This document shows, one piece after another, positions 60,355-64,000 of a stretch of DNA of 64,000 nucleotides. The stretch spans positions 21,206,001 to 21,270,000 of the forward strand of contig CM075988.1 of NCBI GenBank assembly GCA_038087875.1, written 5' to 3'. The notes under the pieces were generated by a model that was not told the DNA's origin, ran no database searches, and saw only the letters and a program-made list of their open reading frames with translations. The stretch comes from Malacoraja senta. Lineage: Eukaryota. Numbering within the stretch: the stretch's first letter is position 1; each line of letters begins with the position of its first letter. The translations under genes were made by a program, and so were the position numbers.

Positions 60355-62990
60355 GCAGTCATAGAGTGATACAGCACAGACACAGACCCTTCAGCCCAAC
60401 TCGTCCATGCAGACCGAGATGTCCCATCTAAGCTTGTCCCATTTGCCCATATCCCTCCAAACCTTTCCTATCCATTTGAGTTGAGTTTATTGCCACGTGT
60501 ACCGAGGTACAGTGAAAAGCTTTTGTTGCGTGCTAACCAGTCAGCAGAAAGACAATACATGATTACAATCGAGCCATATAGTTTAGAAATACAGCGTGTC
60601 AACAGCCTCTTTGGCCCACTGACTAGGGACATACTAGGGACAATTTACAGGAGCCAATGAACCTACAGACCTGCACGGCTTTTGTAGTGTGGCCGGAGCA
60701 CCTGGAGGAAACCCACACAGTCACAGGCAGAAAGTACAAACTCTTTACAGACATCGCCCGTCGTCAGGACCAACCCCGGGTCTCTGTCTCGAAGGCAGTA
60801 ACTCCATGACTGTGCCACCGTGCCTAACATGCTTCGGGAAAATCCGGCATTCTTTGGTGCTTAGGCACGGCAGATGGGGCTAATTATTTGGGACGGGTTT
60901 AGTAGCTTCCGTAACTGATCGTAATTCTGTAAACATGTCACCTAAATTTGCAAGGATCATTCCAATTAAACAATAACATGTTGCACCGAGTTGCCTTTTC
61001 GTTCAACATGAAGCTCTTTCCAGTTGAATTGCAACATCACAGGCAATTTAAATTATCTTTAATTGTAGTGGGGAAAATGAATTTGCTAATTCGTGTCAAC
61101 AGCATATTCGTTAGTGTTTGACACAACTTTGCAGCTCACGTATTAATGTGCTCACTGTATTGGTTGGGCTGAAGGGAATAAACTGACTTCAGCTTTTCAT
61201 TAATATTGAACCTGCCTTCCGAAACAATTACCCTTTGCATAAGTAGAATTTTAAATGTAAATTACAACCAAGTTAAGCTTCCCAACCATACCTGTTGAAC
61301 AGAAGGCGGTGGGAATATGGAACGAGCTGCCAGAGGAGGTAGTTAAGGCAGGTACCATAACAACATGTAAAAGACACCTGGACAGGTACATGGATCGGGC
61401 AGGATTTAGGCCAAACGCAGGCAGGTTGGACTGGTGTAGATGGAACATGTTGGTCGGTGCGGGCAAGTGGGGCCGAAGGGCCTGTTTCCACGCTGTATGA
61501 TTCTATGACTATGACAACAATCAAGCCGTCCACAGCGTACAGAAAAAGGGTAAAGGATACAACATTTAGTGCAAGATAAAGTCCAATAAAGTCTAAGTAA
61601 AGGTAGTTCAAAGGTCTCCAATGAGGTAGATGGGAGATCAGAACCGCACTCTAGCTGATGAGAGGACCGTTCAGTTGCCTGATTACAGCTGAGAAGAAAC
61701 TGTTCTGCATGGTCAAGTTGGGACGAAAGGGCCTGTTTCCGTGCTTTTTGGCTCCATAAATTCAAAATTATTTCAATTGGTGTTTCTTGCAATTTGGCCT
61801 CTAATCATACAACCCAACAAGTTAGGTCTGGGTTTAAGCATTAAACTTACCGCAATAGGACTTGGTGAGTAAGGTCCAAGAATCTGCAGATGGAGCAGGC
61901 ACCCAAGAATGGAGAGCACTGTCTTATGCTGCGGATGAGACAGCTTAAGGGAATAACTTCAAGGGATTCCTGACCTGAGATAGCAAACTAGTAAACAGCT
62001 AGTACGAAGCGTTTTAGATCATTTCCTTTGAGAAACAAGCCCCATGTCGACCAGCGATCACCCCATACACTAACGCTGCCCTACACACTAGGGACAGTTT
62101 ACAATGTTTTACCAAACCCGAGTAACCCACAAACCTGTACATCTTTGGAGTGTGCGAGGAATCCGGAGAAAACCTACACGGTCACAGGGAGAACATAACA
62201 ACTCCGAACAGGCAGCACCCGTAGTCAGGATTGAACCCGGGTCTCTGGCGTCGTGAGGCAGCTTTGAGAACTCTGGCAATCAGTGAGAGACTTGCATTGA
62301 TCGAACACCTTTCAACTGCAACTTAGCTTCTTTTTGCTTCATTTCCAAAAGTGTCAGCATTTCAAAGCACTTTCCACTGATGTTTGAGATGAGGTAGACG
62401 GTAGGTCAGGACTGCACTCCAGTTAGCTGGTGTTTAGTAGGCTTTTAACAAATACTGCCAACCTGCCCTTCATATCCTGAACCATCTTACCACAACTAGG
62501 GAGCATTCCTCAACCACTATTGAAGACCCTCGGACTATTTGTGACTGGATTTACCTTGCACCAAGCGTTATTCCCTTTATAATGTATCTGTACACTGTGG
62601 ACGGCTTGATTGTAATCATGTATTGCCTTTCCACCGACTGCTTGGCACACAACAAAAGCTTGGTATAGGTGACAATAAAATAAACTCAACTCAACTCAAA
62701 ACCAATGAAAATTAATATGATCGGCTTCACTCGTGCCAGGTTTGTGAGAGGAATCCATCGCTGCTCAGTGCAAGCGATCGCTGGGCGGTTGTGGACTCGG
62801 TTCCATTGAGGTTCTAAGAGTAAACAAGCGGTGAGTGCTACAGCCAGAAGTTCAGTTCAGTTTAGTTTATTGTCCCGTGTACTGCTTTTGTGCCGCGAAA
62901 AGCTTTTGTTGCGTGCTATCCAGTCAGCAGAAAGACAATACATGATTACAATCGAGCCATTGACAGTGTAGAGATACATGGTAAGGGAAC
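60355..62990. repeat. Mixed CR1 tails, V-SINE remnants and Rex1/Babar-like 3' ends in intron 18
   Basis: Recurrent cactgtacctcggtacacgtgacaataaactcaac tail, also seen at ~9300-9430, 25810-25965, 46470-46650 and 50270-50600. V-SINEs at ~60580-60820 and ~62040-62260. CR1 at ~61300-61512. Confidence 0.7.
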
Positions 62991-64000
62991 AGATTTAAGA
63001 ATGTGGAGCGATTGTAACATGTGATTGTAGATCGGCTTCTGTGGCCAGCACGCAAATGGTCGCCTGGGCTGGCCGCCATCTTGGAAGATCATTCCCTTCC
63101 CCACTATTAGCCTCAGCGATCAAGGCCAGCTACCCTTCCCCCGCTTTTCAATTAGAACCAGCCTTGAAATGGTCGATCATGGAAGTGCTGATTCATTGAG
63201 AGATCCTCAGCACTTTGGTAAACACACGGATAAACATGTTTCTAGTGACCCTCTGTGCTGCCCACATCTCCTCTGGTGCCTTCCTCTTGTCTGAATAATG
63301 ACCACGTTTCATGCATGGGTTGCCTCATCATTCTGCATGTGTTTTGTACACAGATTTCTGCTTCAGGGGGAATTTCAGATTTTGTTGTTGTTGTCAAAAT
63401 CGACTTCATTTTTTTTTTCCCCATTTGCTTCTGGCCAGTTACTGCAATGATCTTGTGTCCTTCAGAATCTCATCTCCTGCGTGTTGTGCAGTAAATTAAC
63501 CCTGAAAGTGATCACAAAGAGACGCCCTTAGGTGCAGTAAACACTGATGTACAGTAAGGTGCAGTTACTCTAATCCTTCTCTGGTTCCCAGTCGGGATTT
63601 CCGTTTGAATGAATAAGTTTATTGGCCAAGTATTCACATACAAGGAATTTGCCTTGGTGCTCCGCCCACAAGTGACAACATGACATACAGTGACAGTCAG
63701 GAATGACACATACAACATTAATGTTTAATTTGAGTTGAGTTTGAGTTTTGAGTTGGGTGTTGGAAGTGCTAAGACTTCAGTTATTGTTGTGCTTGGGAGT
63801 AACTACCTCTTGTTAGCCCGTTCGTTGGTCACGCTGTAAGCAGAAGCACATCTGACCCGTCCGCTCACTATGGGCTTCCAACTCCAGTCTGCTTGAACCG
63901 AAGGCACAAACCCAATGTCCGGGGAACTTGCCTCCAGCTAAAGCCCATCTGCACCGCACCAAGGTGGCACCATTGTGCCTCCACCATTGCTACCGACAGT

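Larger units (their letters stand above)
1..64000 (+). other. NCAM1: NCAM1 gene, partial (intron 12 to intron 18 region; mostly intronic)
   Basis: Four recognisable NCAM1 exons in the correct order with canonical AG/GT boundaries. Phases are compatible between exons 16, 17 and 18. Extent to both window edges is inferred from not finding exon 12 or exon 19. Confidence 0.93.

Noticed and set aside
63492..63531. Possible NCAM1 exon 19
   Set aside because: Reads DKLTLKVITKRRP* with no EVKTVPN or NESKA motifs; the last exon is probably beyond the window.
1..64000. CRISPR array or prokaryotic system suggested by recurring short repeats
   Set aside because: Repeats are dispersed eukaryotic TE fragments without regular spacers, and the locus is a spliced vertebrate gene.

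Overview
Repeat-dense vertebrate genomic DNA. The repeat families (HE1-type V-SINEs, HER1/CR1 LINEs, Penelope remnants) point to a cartilaginous fish, probably a skate or ray; this is inferred. The whole window lies inside the 3' half of NCAM1 on the + strand. Visible exons, using mammalian numbering: a candidate 3-nt AAG microexon (14785-14787), exon 13 (start of FN3-2, 19692-19816), the transmembrane exon 16 (55868-56078), exon 17 (58394-58510) and the NCAM-180-specific exon 18 (59346-60178), which has an apparent 1-nt frameshift. Exons 14 and 15 were not found and probably lie in the 200-N gap (30378-30577). Exon 19 was not found and is probably beyond the window. Most ORFs in the supplied track are TE fragments or noise. 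The most notable signals are: (1) a 144-bp retroposed element whose 5' end is a complete HDV-like ribozyme fold starting at the insertion junction; (2) many Penelope-derived hammerhead-ribozyme cores arranged as inverted hairpins; (3) a candidate unannotated 39-nt or terminal NCAM1 exon; (4) two young copies of a CORE-SINE resembling teleost AFC SINEs. TE boundaries are exact only where a TSD or TIR is quoted.
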